Source: Haliotis rubra
Taxonomy: Eukaryota
Length of the DNA: 62,750 bases
Reading direction: 5' to 3'
Assembly (NCBI RefSeq): GCF_003918875.1
Contig: NW_025766155.1
Location: 1 to 62,750, forward strand
The notes below the pieces were generated by a model. The model was given only the letters and a program-made list of their open reading frames with translations, did no database searches and was not told the DNA's origin. The translations under genes were made by a program, and so were the position numbers. The stretch's first letter is position 1, and every line of letters begins with the position of its first letter. Below are positions 50,401 to 62,750 of this stretch, piece after piece.

Positions 50401-53400
50401 AAACGTTGAAACTTCGACAACGATATTGACGAACGTAAAATGATGAACGGACTCGAAGAATCGTGATATAATGCGGTCGTTTTGCGGTGTGTAATTTGGG
50501 AACATTTTGCCCAGTACTGGTACCCTTAAATGTTGTGCAGTGGATTGCGCTTGAAACGGAAGATGCGGGGTTAAACATCATCGCCAGACAAAATAATGAA
50601 CTTCGTTGATTACGCGCGGCGATAATGGGTACCAACGACACGGACGACTCGAATCATCGTGAAATTAATTCATAGCTTTCTTTGCGGCGTAATATACTCG
50701 GTCGGGCTAACACTAAGGAAACCGGCTTCGATCTGAGCTGTGCAACGTACGCCTACACGTACGCGCGTACGTCAGATATGACGAAACGTTAAACTGGGCT
50801 GCACTACTCATCTTGTGCAATAGTTGGCGGTTTTCGCTGTCTGTATTGATTTAACGATGATAATGCGTAATACATCACTTTCGTGAAATGAAATAACAAC
50901 GTATTATACGGGAGGGTATCAATGTTGAGAAGGAGATCGAAACATGGCGGTATGACATCCGTAAATCCCATAACGCCGTCTATTATTCATTTCAAAATCG
51001 AATGGCGAACGACGTGATTGTTGCGCCGCACTTTCACCCTCGAAACTTCGAAGCGACCTTGACCGTTCAGCTGCCATACTGGAATACCGAACCAGACGAA
51101 ACGATTTAACTTTGAACATTCCCCGAACTATTAGAAATTCTGCGATCTTAGTACGGCGGCGCAATTGATATCGATTTATTTTGATCACTGCCTTCGACCG
51201 AAACCGAAGATTATCCGTGTATTAACGAACTGTTGTTACATACGGTATCGAACGTTGAAGTCATGATATTTCATAATGCTCTGTTTCGATATCTCTATAA
51301 TCTTCGGTACGGTTTTGCGAAGATATATTTTCTTCTTTATTTTATGTTTTATTTCTGCCAGGATTTATTTCGTATAATGTTGGTGATTCCTCTATGAATG
51401 ATGCTTTTGCGCCGCTGTTTCATCTCGAAGCCGTATTCGTTCGTCTTCTGTCACATCGGATAAACTGTGATCTACGGGCAATCAATCGTATCGTTTATTC
51501 TGACGTATTTGACTTTGATCATACGCCATTATCTTCCGCCAGTTTGATTAGATTTAACTATTATATTAATGATTCACGTATCAACTATATGCCATTTCGT
51601 TATAACTTTAACATCTGCTTAGACCGTAAATCTAACGACGAAGTTCAGAGAACAGCGAAGACGCTGTTGGTCACCTTAAGCAATAAACATGCTGGCGAAG
51701 CAGAAGGACTATTAACACTTGCTGTAAGGTTCTCATTGAAGAACGTCGATGATGATATTCACCTGTTCAATGCTCAATTTCATCTTGACCACGGCTCTGA
51801 CTGTGATGATAGTCTCGTGCCATGAAGGCGTAACCACCTGATGGAAAAGCGGTATCATAACACTATTCAATACAACGTTACGATAGCACTATTAACGCCA
51901 TTCCCGTTCATTTACGGCGATGGCAGCAACACACTCAATATAATGAACTTACGTCGTATCATCGCTACGTTACTTTATTGATTGTTATCAGCAGAAGGAC
52001 ATTCGGTGCGAAAATTGTCGATCGGTATCGTCGATATTCGTGATTTAATCAATCTGTATTGTGAGGTTATTACGGACTCGCAGCAGCCAAACAAACATGT
52101 AGCCGATTCGAGAATCAGACTTATTCGGTGTTATCGTGGCTGGCACGGTACTGACCTGTTCACGAATGATCCATGGCGTCTATGGCGGATTTTCCTTCTA
52201 TCTTGCCGTGATTTCACGTGAACCGTTGCGTTGTTGACTTGATTTGGCTGCTATGTCGCTGGAAAGAACGCGAAAAGAACAATGTATTTTATACCGGTTG
52301 GAATCCATCAACAAGAGATGAGGAAAAGGTTTGAAACATAACATTGACGGATAACCCTCTTCTTCGGTTGAAAGCGTGAAGCAACGGTTGGTATTGACGG
52401 ACGAAAACTGGTTAATCGCCCTGATATATTCTATTCTGATGAATGTTTGCGGTGGAGCGCTACCGCGAATACACATCTCCGGATTTACCGGCTCTGGAAC
52501 GTGAGGTAAAACAGGCCAATAGCGCAATTGATCTCGTTACGACACAGTCTTCAAAAATCGACTAGTGAGTTGAAGATCATGGAATAACCGGTCAATCCGT
52601 ACATATGAAGAGGTTACTGAATTTTATAACTTCGAACACTAACAATAGACGTCGTCAATCGACCATATAACCGACAACAAATAAACTATTGACGGAGAAC
52701 TTATTAAGGGCTGATAGACTGCCTGAACCAGTATTTTGTGTTATTGATGTCCGAACTTTACGGCTGGGCGAACGTTACGGATCGATCGGTCACCTTTGGA
52801 GACGTGTTCTGCTTTGCGGTAAGGTCGGCATTCGTATCCGCGAAGCAATGATATTGTTTGAACACCAATGGCGATTTCGATGCCATCGAGGTCTGGTGGT
52901 CCGTCTGAACTTTGAATTCCGCATCGAAGTATAAATGGCATGACGTATTACTGTGTTCATCGTCATCGTCTCATAAATTGATTCGCCAGTTCACGGTTTC
53001 GGTATTAATGATTCAGAGCCTTCCGACGAAAGGTTTTGTCGATATAACGCGATAACGAACGGCATCGGTCGTCATCGATTCACTACGAACGGCATCGTGC
53101 GATTTCTTCAGTGCTTGAAAGAGCCGATACATGTCGCATTAGGCTGACTGATTCAGCCAGTGATGCGCATGATTCTGATCGTCCAAAGCGGTTGCTGCCG
53201 TGATGGCTTTGACGCCGGTCGGCTTCGGCGGCTTTCATTTTCGGTTTTGCTGGTATTGGTGATATGTTTCGCATCATTCGGCCGTTTCACTACACCGAGT
53301 TATTGACATGGCGCTACAATGATAGTGACTAGAACAAATGGTTGCGTTATGCGACCACGCGTTGCACATTTTCGTTTGTTTTAATCGGCATGACATTTAA

Positions 53401-56400
53401 TCTGAAAGAGGCGGTGGTAAAGCACGGTTGCCGAATTTGGTACTTGCGAGGCAGCAACAACGCGGCCCATGAAGCTTTGAGGGCTCCCGTATTGAGCAAC
53501 GGCATTAAGGCGAAATAAGATTGAAGCTGCCAATGCGTAAAGAAAGGAATGAAATGACCGTGGCATGTCGTAACTTGACGGCAGAGGCGCGGCTGGAACA
53601 GCGATCGGCTAACGGCTGCTTCTGCGTCAGCCATTCTTATTGATGACGTCTCACCGTCAGAGTCAGGGCTGTACCGGTACCACGGTCGATCGATGCCGTT
53701 TGGTCGAACTGAAAGAGGCGAAGTGAAGCACCTGCCACCCCTTCGCCACTCGAGTTCTCTGAAATATGTTGTGGAGTTATACTGAATGTGCGGAAGGACG
53801 ATGAGATAATCTCACTACTGGATGCTGACCGCCGATTGTCAATAATTTGCGGAAGGCGTGAATGAACTTCGACAAATACTATTATTGATAGGGTAAAATG
53901 CCGACCTTATATATTCCGAAACCTGTCTTAAGTACGAGTAACTGGTTGAAGACGGTACGGTCATTACCGCCGGCATTATGTTCATCGTGTATCATCTGAA
54001 ATTCGAATCAGAATGATGGCGACGCCTAACGCATACTGCGTAAACGCAATATCCTTCATTTCTTTCGATGGTCAAGTGATTTAAAATTTGGCAGAAATAT
54101 TGCCATGCATTTCAGCGAAGAGTATGATCACACATGAACACCGAGTAAATGTCTGCATCTGGGGCCAGCAAGGAGCCGGGATTCTTTGAGGTTTATTTTC
54201 GCTCCATTACTGATGTTTTGAGCCCTTGCGTCCATCAATATCTTAAAGCCGACTATCTAAAGGCTGCTCTCTGCTGAATTCGCCGCTCTGGATCAACTAC
54301 CCTCTACGAGGCGATTAATACTGGTCATATTCATGATTGCGACTTCCATTGTGCTGGGGTCGTGAAATATAAGCGGTCCTTTCGGTTGCCACGATTTCCC
54401 GGCTCCCCGTCGCATAACACGATAAACTTGAACAAGCGCACTTTCGGAAGCGAATTTCATTCAGGCAGTTCGCAGTTTCAAATGCTGGTTTATGAACCGG
54501 ATGGTAATGAAACCACGCTGATTCGCAATGCTTGATCGGGTCTTTAATAGTGAGGATGGTTAGATCGAGGTGACGATGGCTGCGGAATTATCGGCTTTCC
54601 ATGCTGATCGGCGATTTAACCATGAGACAAGAAGATGACGTTGTTTGTCACCGGATGGATGGCGGTTGGGCAGACGGGACGGAACGGTGGGACTCTTTCA
54701 AATTAGCGATGTATTAATGGTTGATGTGTCATCCACGGCACTCAAAATGTTCAGAACCATATAAGTGATAACGCTTTGCTGGCAATACGGCATCGTTGCC
54801 CGGCCATGTTTTTGAATGTTAATGGGCCATTCTGCTGAACGGCGGCTCAGCAAATCTTGTGACGTCTTCATGCCATGCTCTGACTTCAAACTGCATCGGT
54901 AATCAATGCCAAGCCAGAACACTTTCGAAACATAACATCTTAATCAAACGAATCAACGCCTACTTATTTATGATCGAATTTGGAGAAGTTCATTACTTCG
55001 CTAAGACAAACTCATGATTACCGAAGTCGAGATCGAAAGCATGTCTACTTTGTCTTAACCGAAGTTTCCATCACGAGGCAACATATTTCGCAGTGTGGGC
55101 TGAATATTAACGAATCGGTTGTAATGTCATGGTCATTTATTGTTTGCATCGTTCAAACGAAACTCAGGAATTATGGATAAATGTTTTATGAGCAAATGTT
55201 TTGCGGTGAGTGACTCGGACTGAAATAACAATTGGTTGGTGAATGACATTGTCTACGGAAGGTAATGTTTAATAAAGTGACACTGCTTCTGAAGTAATTC
55301 TGGCATTCAGCTAATTTTAATAACCTACTGGTATCCTGAATTTGACTGTGGTGCGATGATATTGAATCGCGCGATAATAACGGCAAAGACACGCTACATC
55401 AATATCGAGGGTATGTCATTGTTGGCATATGGTGCTATAACCATGGCGCATCACTATTGTCAGGATCACGTGGTAGCACAACGTACTGACGGCTGGTCCC
55501 TATTATGATGATCGGCTAACTAGGCACCACCGGTGATCTGACCTGTTCCATACTGTCAGTTGATAACTGACGTCAGCTGTACGGACATTAACTGATGAAA
55601 CCGACTTTCACTCGCTTACCTGCCGTTGACGATGGGCCGATTCGATGACGCCGCCCTACCCCATCTCCTTTCTCTGTTCGGCGCCGTCATGATTTCAACA
55701 TCCTGAAAATCAATGGTATGAAACGTAGTCACCCAGTTCGTAATGGTGTTTGATCACGGTTCTGTCAATCGCTTTACCCTTCGATGGCTATGCTGATCGA
55801 CTGAAACTTCTGTCGCCTGTCAATAATGCTATGAAGGAAATGAACATGGCATGCGAACCATTTTTGTTAGATCGACTGGAAACCGAGCGGATAAATGCAT
55901 TAGCAAAATCGGTTCAATCATTACGAAATTTGTCAATAAAGAGCGTGAAACAAAGATGATAAATCTGGGTGACCGATATGACGTTTCAAGCGTTCGGGAA
56001 TTGGCCGCACTGGTCACGGCTGATCGTAACGCCGCTAGTTTATTTGATAGCGTCGTATCCCCATTGACCGAGTCGCCGCTACCGTAAATGGCGTCAGCGG
56101 TTCTGCGATATGGTCGTCGTTACGGTGATCGGCTTCTCATTTAATTGTTATAGTAACATTCTGGTTAAACAACCGAATCGGCACGATGCGAGTGACGTAA
56201 CTGGTGACGCCTATGATACGTCGCGTATTCGGCCTGACGGAACGTCATTATGATTTGTTACCGGTCGATATGAAATGCATAAACGATCGACGACTTACCC
56301 CATTGTCGCAGCAACGTGCTTGCCGTTCTCTTCAGAAAACTGTGTTCTTGTTGGTGCTTTAAAGTGTTTTCGCTTTTATTACGATTGATGAACATCGATA

Positions 56401-59400
56401 ACGTCATCGCGTGCGCTGATAGATCGTGACCGATGACGTAAGCGCATTTCTTTAATGTTGACGAGTTGCGTCGACGCTGAACCGACTTCGATATTAACGT
56501 GATGATTTTTGTCGTGCGAAGGGAAAAACTTTGTTGACTAACCGTTCCTGTTTTATTCGCAAATATAATTGACAGTTGTTTGACTCCGGTCGTATCGTCG
56601 GTCGAAATTTCGGGAGTATTTGTTATTGTCTGTGCAACCGTTGCATTCTCTGGTGTATGAACGATGTCAATGTTCAAAGTGCATACTCGTAGCGACTTAA
56701 TGTTAAATACTTGCGAAAGTGTTCTAATTAACTTTTCCCCGCTGTCCGTTAAATCCTATCTTCGGTGACCCGCATTAACGGCATGACGAACCTAGGACGG
56801 CGGCACTGGCATCTAACGAAGATCATATACTACGTATTTAAGGCAGCTATTACGAATAACGAAACCGAAGGTAACAAATCTTCGATAGATGCTGGCCCTG
56901 GAGTTGAATATCGAGAGATGACCAATACGGCGACCCGCGATGCGCAACCTGCGTCGTGCTTTGTGAAGTCGATTCTTCGGCGTATTGAACGTCTTTAATC
57001 TCAGCTTCGGCAACGTCGTCACGATCATTCACCAAAACTGGACTGTTGAATTTCGCTTGGCGGTTATATCCCCTTGATCCTCTTGACATCTGCGTAAACC
57101 TGACGGAAAATGAATATAATGTCGAGCGAATATAATACTGGCCAGATCGCTTATCGAATGGTACGTTAACGCTTATGTATGTTTCTGACCAGTTAACGTA
57201 ATCTTCTTACGGTGGATCGTTCATTCAAACGCCGAAACCGCGGACGTATGTGAACTCAAAACATTTGTCTTGAAACAAAATATGAAATGGGGAGTTTCAA
57301 TGCAAAAACAAAAATACTTGCGGTCCTTCATATTGTTGCTTATTCTATACTGCGAAGCACCGATATATGCGTACCAAAGAACAGTTTATTACGGAAATTA
57401 TGTTACGATGATCATACTCAATCACTCACTCTTGTTAACGCGATATGATAACCTACTATTTAAAGTAGCAATCGTTCTTTGATTGCATTCATAATGATCT
57501 TGCGCATCGTCATCTTGCCGCCGCTGCTTCGTATGGCTTTATAATCGCGTGATGAACACTACTTTGCCTCTTTCGGCTGTCTACTACGGGCTATTATGAT
57601 GACGACTTATTCATGCGTAATATGTTCTCGTACGGGTATAATGCGGCTGGGCTTTGTAATAAAGGTCGGACATGAATGGATAATACGTGTGCTCGTGGAG
57701 CGAATGTCAGGACTTTCAAAGACGCGAAGTTGGCGTTGCTTTCGGGTTTCTTCTGGAAGTATGTATTGCTGATGAATGAAATTCGAGCGCTTGATGCATT
57801 TCGAGTGTTCCTGTTTTGTCATCGCTCTCAATTATATGTTAACAACTGCGAACAACGGCGATACGGCTACGGGCCCGAATTTCTTCATACGACGATTGGT
57901 AATGACTGATTTTTAATGCTGCACCTTCGTTGATATAACTATGCATGGAACGTGGTAATCGAACTGCGAATTGATGAACGGGATTCGGAGAAATCAATGA
58001 TTCCTATTCCATGCCGTGGTAGTGAACTCGCGGGCTTTTATCATTGTGTTTAACGGCATGTACTGTGCTGACTGAATCAATGATAATGCGTTCGAGCTGA
58101 AGTCAACGAACACGACTTTCTGGCTGTCTTAGCGTGACCTCTCCCAAACCCGTCTTGTTTCGATGCCGCACTTCTGCAACTCGCGCTGGTGAAACTCCGA
58201 CCATAACCGTGAAAACGCTCGAAAACCTCCCTGCTGAAGATAAAGCTGGCGATATTTCACCTGGTGCGGGTTTGAAATATCTCTCGCATGACCTGCAATA
58301 ACCAAACAGCTGGTGATTCAATGCTCGCGTCGTATGCCGCCAGCGACCTTATACCCAACGTCGACGGTATTAATGCTGTGATTTGTGGCCTCTGTCTTGC
58401 GACCATCTTAGGCTTTGAAGCGGTTGTCGTATGTTCAAAAACTTGAACGAACATTGAGAGTACTGCTCCATATCCCGGTCTTTATTCAAGCATGCGCTGT
58501 CAGTACTGAAAAGTATTTATCTTGCTATGCTGGGAACTACGAAGAACTGTTGGCGTGCGGACCTGACTTCTCGTACGAACGCCGCGTGAATAAGTGACTG
58601 CTTTCATTATTATCGCTGCTCTGTCATATTTAAAAATCTTCGTTCGTAAATTCGCTCATTCATGATTTCAATACCGGCTGATGAGATGGCATATGACGGT
58701 GTTTCAACTTGCGAGGATATTGTAATCAAGCGCAGAAAATATTGTGCGTCATTCGCGCACGTGCATGCATGCGTGTGATGAAGAAGGTGATGGCCGAACT
58801 AGCAATAATGAGCAAATATTGTTTTATACATGGTTATGGTGAGCAGGCTGACGAAAACTGATGCAGTGGTCGTGTTCTTCTGTAATCGTAATAACACAGT
58901 GAAACGATAATCATTACTGCGGTGTGACTTAAATATTAACTCACTCGTACTGTGGCGAAACGATGGCATTCAGCGCGAAACCAAGAGCAATTCATCCGGC
59001 TTTACGGCTTTTGTTAACGCTAACTTCCACGCTGTCATGATGCGGATCGAATGACCAGGTTAGACGCACGTCATCAAATACGGTGGAAAGAAAGAACGTT
59101 TCGTGCCCGCGATAATGCCGGAACGATACTGGTCTTGAACTATGTCATTTTTCTGCAATATGTTGACCGCTTTCGCGATACGAAAGGCAAAAATGGTTTT
59201 TTGTATTCGGATGGCTGATGCAACGGCATCAGTGGTCATTTTTATGTTATCGTTTACAATAACGGACGATTCCAGCATCTCCAGGAAAAAGTCACGCTGC
59301 TTGTTCTTGCGCGTATGCGTTCGGTTTTAAACGCTGATCCCAATATCGTCTTGAATAAAGCTGCTCTGTTTTCAGTACGCGGTCTTTGCCAGTTGATAGC

Positions 59401-62400
59401 AAAATTCGGTACAAAAACCGCGCTTTATGTTGACCAGCAATGTTTTATCGCGGCGTGCATTGTTAAATCTGGAGTCTTTATGGAAAGGCATACGCCGATC
59501 GGGTAACCACCATTTTCGTACGACGAAGACTAACTGCAACCAAGGCGCAATTTCGGTGGCGTATTATGAAAACGTGATTTCGGTGATATAACCGCCATCG
59601 TAATATTAATTTGGCGTTCTCATATAGACGATGCCGCCACATAGAATAAACACCAAACTTCGACGGTTGGTGACAACTCAACGCAGAGCCTATTCCCCGA
59701 CATTGTTGCCCAGATGAAACCGAACTTTCAACTTTGAACGACCGCTGTCACGGTTGCCAGCGAAGCTATGGCTTTAGTAAATGGTAAAACAAGAACTCGG
59801 TGTTAACTGAACGATGTTTGACCGTGCTTTCACGTTCCCAAAACCATGTGTAATCGGCTGGCCAATAATAGAGTGACATTAATCGCTGGAGCGATAACGC
59901 AGTAATCGTCGCGGTGAACGGTAAAAATGAAGTTTGGCTTTATCGGACGATATTTCGCTCGCTCTGCATTTTATATTGACTTTCCTTTGTTTCCAGCGAA
60001 CAATCTGGTTGATCTTGGCTCGCCTTCCCCAATCCTTGCGTTTAACATGATACCCACTCATAATCTCGAAGTCGACTGGTCACCTGATTGTGCCAGTAAT
60101 GCCGGCGTTGAACGAGGATCAATCAGTACTAACGTCTTTTGGTATGATGCGACCGAGATACCAACTTTCTCAGGCGACGCCTCTAACTGCACCAATTTCA
60201 TCTTAATAACGTAAATCAAAGATAGGTAATTAAAGGAGCACGCTATTATGGCATTATATGAAAGAACACTTTACAGCTCTGTACCATACCCTTTCCGCTG
60301 ACCAGAAAACTGGTGTAAGCTCGTAATGCCGAATACTTCGGCGCGAAAGTGATAAAACTATGGCAGGATATACTGGTGACGTATCCTGGCTCAAAGAAGC
60401 CCATACTTGTTTGATGAGTGAGTTAGCTGGCATAGCTCACCTGTATTGGTCACTGTACAACAAAATGCTATTTGATGTAATATGTGACTTACGGCACAAA
60501 TGGCTGAGGAAAAATCGTATAACACCTTTATTGTTGAAGCTGTATATACTGAATGTATATTTATATCTGTCAATGCTTACCCACGTTTAATGTGAACTAC
60601 ATTTTATGGCACATTTTCGGCCGAATATTGAACTGGAGAGCTGGATAATCGGTATAACCGTCAACAACGATCAATGATGCATGTCTGACTTTGGCTGTCA
60701 TGTCCTGTACGTTCATTAACACTAAATTAATGTGGCACAGCGTGGTTAGTTGAATACTGACTGGTATCGAATATATGCCGCTGTTTGATAGGGGCCGTTC
60801 GCCAATTTATGGCCGGTTGATTTTATGGCTGTACAATAATTACCCCAAAAATTTATGTACCGAAATATGGGCCCTGCGTGCCGTGTACAAAATCTGTCAA
60901 AGTCATGTTTGTGGCATGATTTCAGAGCATGCTTTTGCGTGCAAATTGTAACCCCGGTGCGTTATTGGCCGTTGATGGACCCCTCCCCCGGCTCCCCGGA
61001 ACAAAATGGTGATTACACCTTAGGTCACTTTACCGCCCAAAACCGCCGCCGCCGCCACTTGCCCCGCCCCGAAGCCGTAGGTGTGGACGATTCTGGGACC
61101 TTAACGCGGTGACTGCAAATGGGCTGCAGGATTTGGCTACCCATTGGGGCGGTGGGCTGCCACGGCCCTAGACACTTGTCGTAACGTAACGATTTATAAA
61201 TGTTTCGATGCGAGCAAATTGACTTTGGCGGGTCTTCGCTGATATTAAGTTTCGACCTCCGACTTTTGTTTGTTGAAGCAATGCGGATAATACTACGCAC
61301 ATCAATCTGTAATCACTAAACGCGAGGAACAAAACTTTGATGTTATATATGTTTATTAAAATAATCATATCTACATATGTTGAGTGCGGTTGCTATGACA
61401 AAAGATTCAGCTCTAATATATCTTTGAACCCATCTTTGTATTTTTCGTTTTAACTGATTTATCTGTTTATGATGAAACCTGAATAAGAACTTTCTTCAGG
61501 CGTTGGGCTTCCGGTAATCATCAGGTGAAGTCGATTCTTCAACAACCGCTGCTGAGCGACGATCGGTGGTCGACTATTCACTGATTGACAAATGTCGTCA
61601 CCCTTTAGATTGATATTTTATACTGATGATACTGGATTGTCTGAACCGAACTCGATTGGTAAAGACGGCTGTCATAGCGGGATTTTAACTGAAAGCGTGC
61701 GATTAATAACATGCATACAAACTAGCTGGGCAATTAAGGGAAAATATTTCTGCGCTTCGGCGCTATCAAGCGCCCGAAATCAAACGTAATAGTTTTCAAT
61801 ATTTCTTCAACTTTCAATACTATTGTTTCGTATTTATTGGGGAATGTCGTCGGTACGTGTCATTATTATTCACCGGTTTCTCTCAACTTCTTCTTTCACC
61901 TTCTTTGGCTCTGATTGTGTTTATGCCGACGGTGATAATCTCGATATGCGTGAAATGCGTAACCGTTACCACGAACATAGTTTGCTGCTAATTTACAATG
62001 TTGCGACCAACTTACGTGCGTCGGTTCAGGCTTCCTACAAACGATAAATAATCTTTAAAGACGTCGTTACTCACGCCAATGACTTACGTTAATCGTGAAC
62101 AGCGAATATCTGTGCAGAAAGTTGTTGACCGCTATTCGTGTCGCAATGAATACTGACGATGTTCGGAATCATATTAACAATTCAGAAGTATTGGACGAAT
62201 ACCAACGTGAACATCGTAATTTCGTATGCGGTCGAATAATAAATTTACAGAAGACAAACTGAAGATAATTGACACTGTTTCTGTGCCGACGAAGCTGATA
62301 CGAAGCTTTTCCATTCGGTCTGTCAACGCCGGTAGCTCTTTAATAAATTGGCGTGAAACATTTGGTTTTGACATCGATTTCTGAAGAACTAAAATCGGGT

Positions 62401-62750
62401 TTAATATTATCAACGCAAAGTGATGATAAAGGCTGCGTCATGAACTTTACTTTAATCGATACTCCTTACAGTGATAAATACGCGCGGCACTTCGGTAAAG
62501 CCGTTGAGATCGTACTGCTGATAGCGATAGAATGATCGGCGCTCTTAATTTCTTCGTTTTCGTAACCAGCAATTTCCCGCAAAACTAATGAGGAAGAACG
62601 GCATTAATATTTGCGACCGTCTGAACTCCAGATCGTTTTTGAAGTCGCAGTTTCAAACTAACCCATCGACGGGCGCGCTACCGGGTTAATCTTATTATCG
62701 ATATTGGAAGTCATCGTGGTGGTGGATGGATGGATGATCGATCGATGGGT
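41455..62750 (-). other. Degraded reverse-complement copy of ~40700 to ~15000 (probable fold-back long-read artefact)
   Basis: Colinear reverse-complement anchors: 41627-41655 vs 40540-40568; 42120-42195 vs 39841-39930; 46480-46560 vs the 34533 SINE; 55040-55085 vs 24205-24255; 57270-57320 vs 21560-21612; 61880-61920 vs copy A exon 7; 62590-62645 vs 15061-15130. Confidence 0.95.

Noticed and set aside
42200-61960. Additional minus-strand HPGD pseudogenes
   Set aside because: They are mirror images of copies C, B and the end of A inside the presumed artefact, and exons are no better preserved than introns.
41500-62750. Many 60-160 aa ORFs in CpG-rich DNA suggesting a bacterial, phage or HGT island or a novel operon
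   Set aside because: No recognisable domains or operon layout. The DNA aligns colinearly to the reverse complement of the HPGD array; for example, ORF 54980-55180 VLTEVSITR is simply the LINE remnant at ~24230 re-read.

Overview
Animal genomic DNA, AT-rich and intron-containing. The repeat families resemble those of gastropod molluscs (abalone-like); this is an inference. Bases 1 to ~41450 hold a tandem array of three 7-coding-exon genes for 15-hydroxyprostaglandin dehydrogenase (HPGD)-like NAD-dependent SDRs (10883-15993, 21256-28317, 34140-39760, all + strand). They are embedded in three SINE families, Tc1 remnants, LINE fossils, MITEs, a 75-bp minisatellite and a Penelope-like hairpin with a hammerhead-like motif. 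Bases ~41455-62750 are not new sequence: they are a heavily corrupted, ~18% shortened reverse complement of ~40700 back to ~15000. This is most simply a fold-back (template+complement) long-read artefact, and its CpG-rich, bacterial-looking ORFs are spurious. I found no convincing wholly new biological system. The best real leads are the diverging HPGD-like paralogues (Q148F, remodelled substrate loop, mosaic ancestry), the TSD-flanked hammerhead-like hairpin, and an unexplained small-exon cluster near 1.8-2.6 kb.
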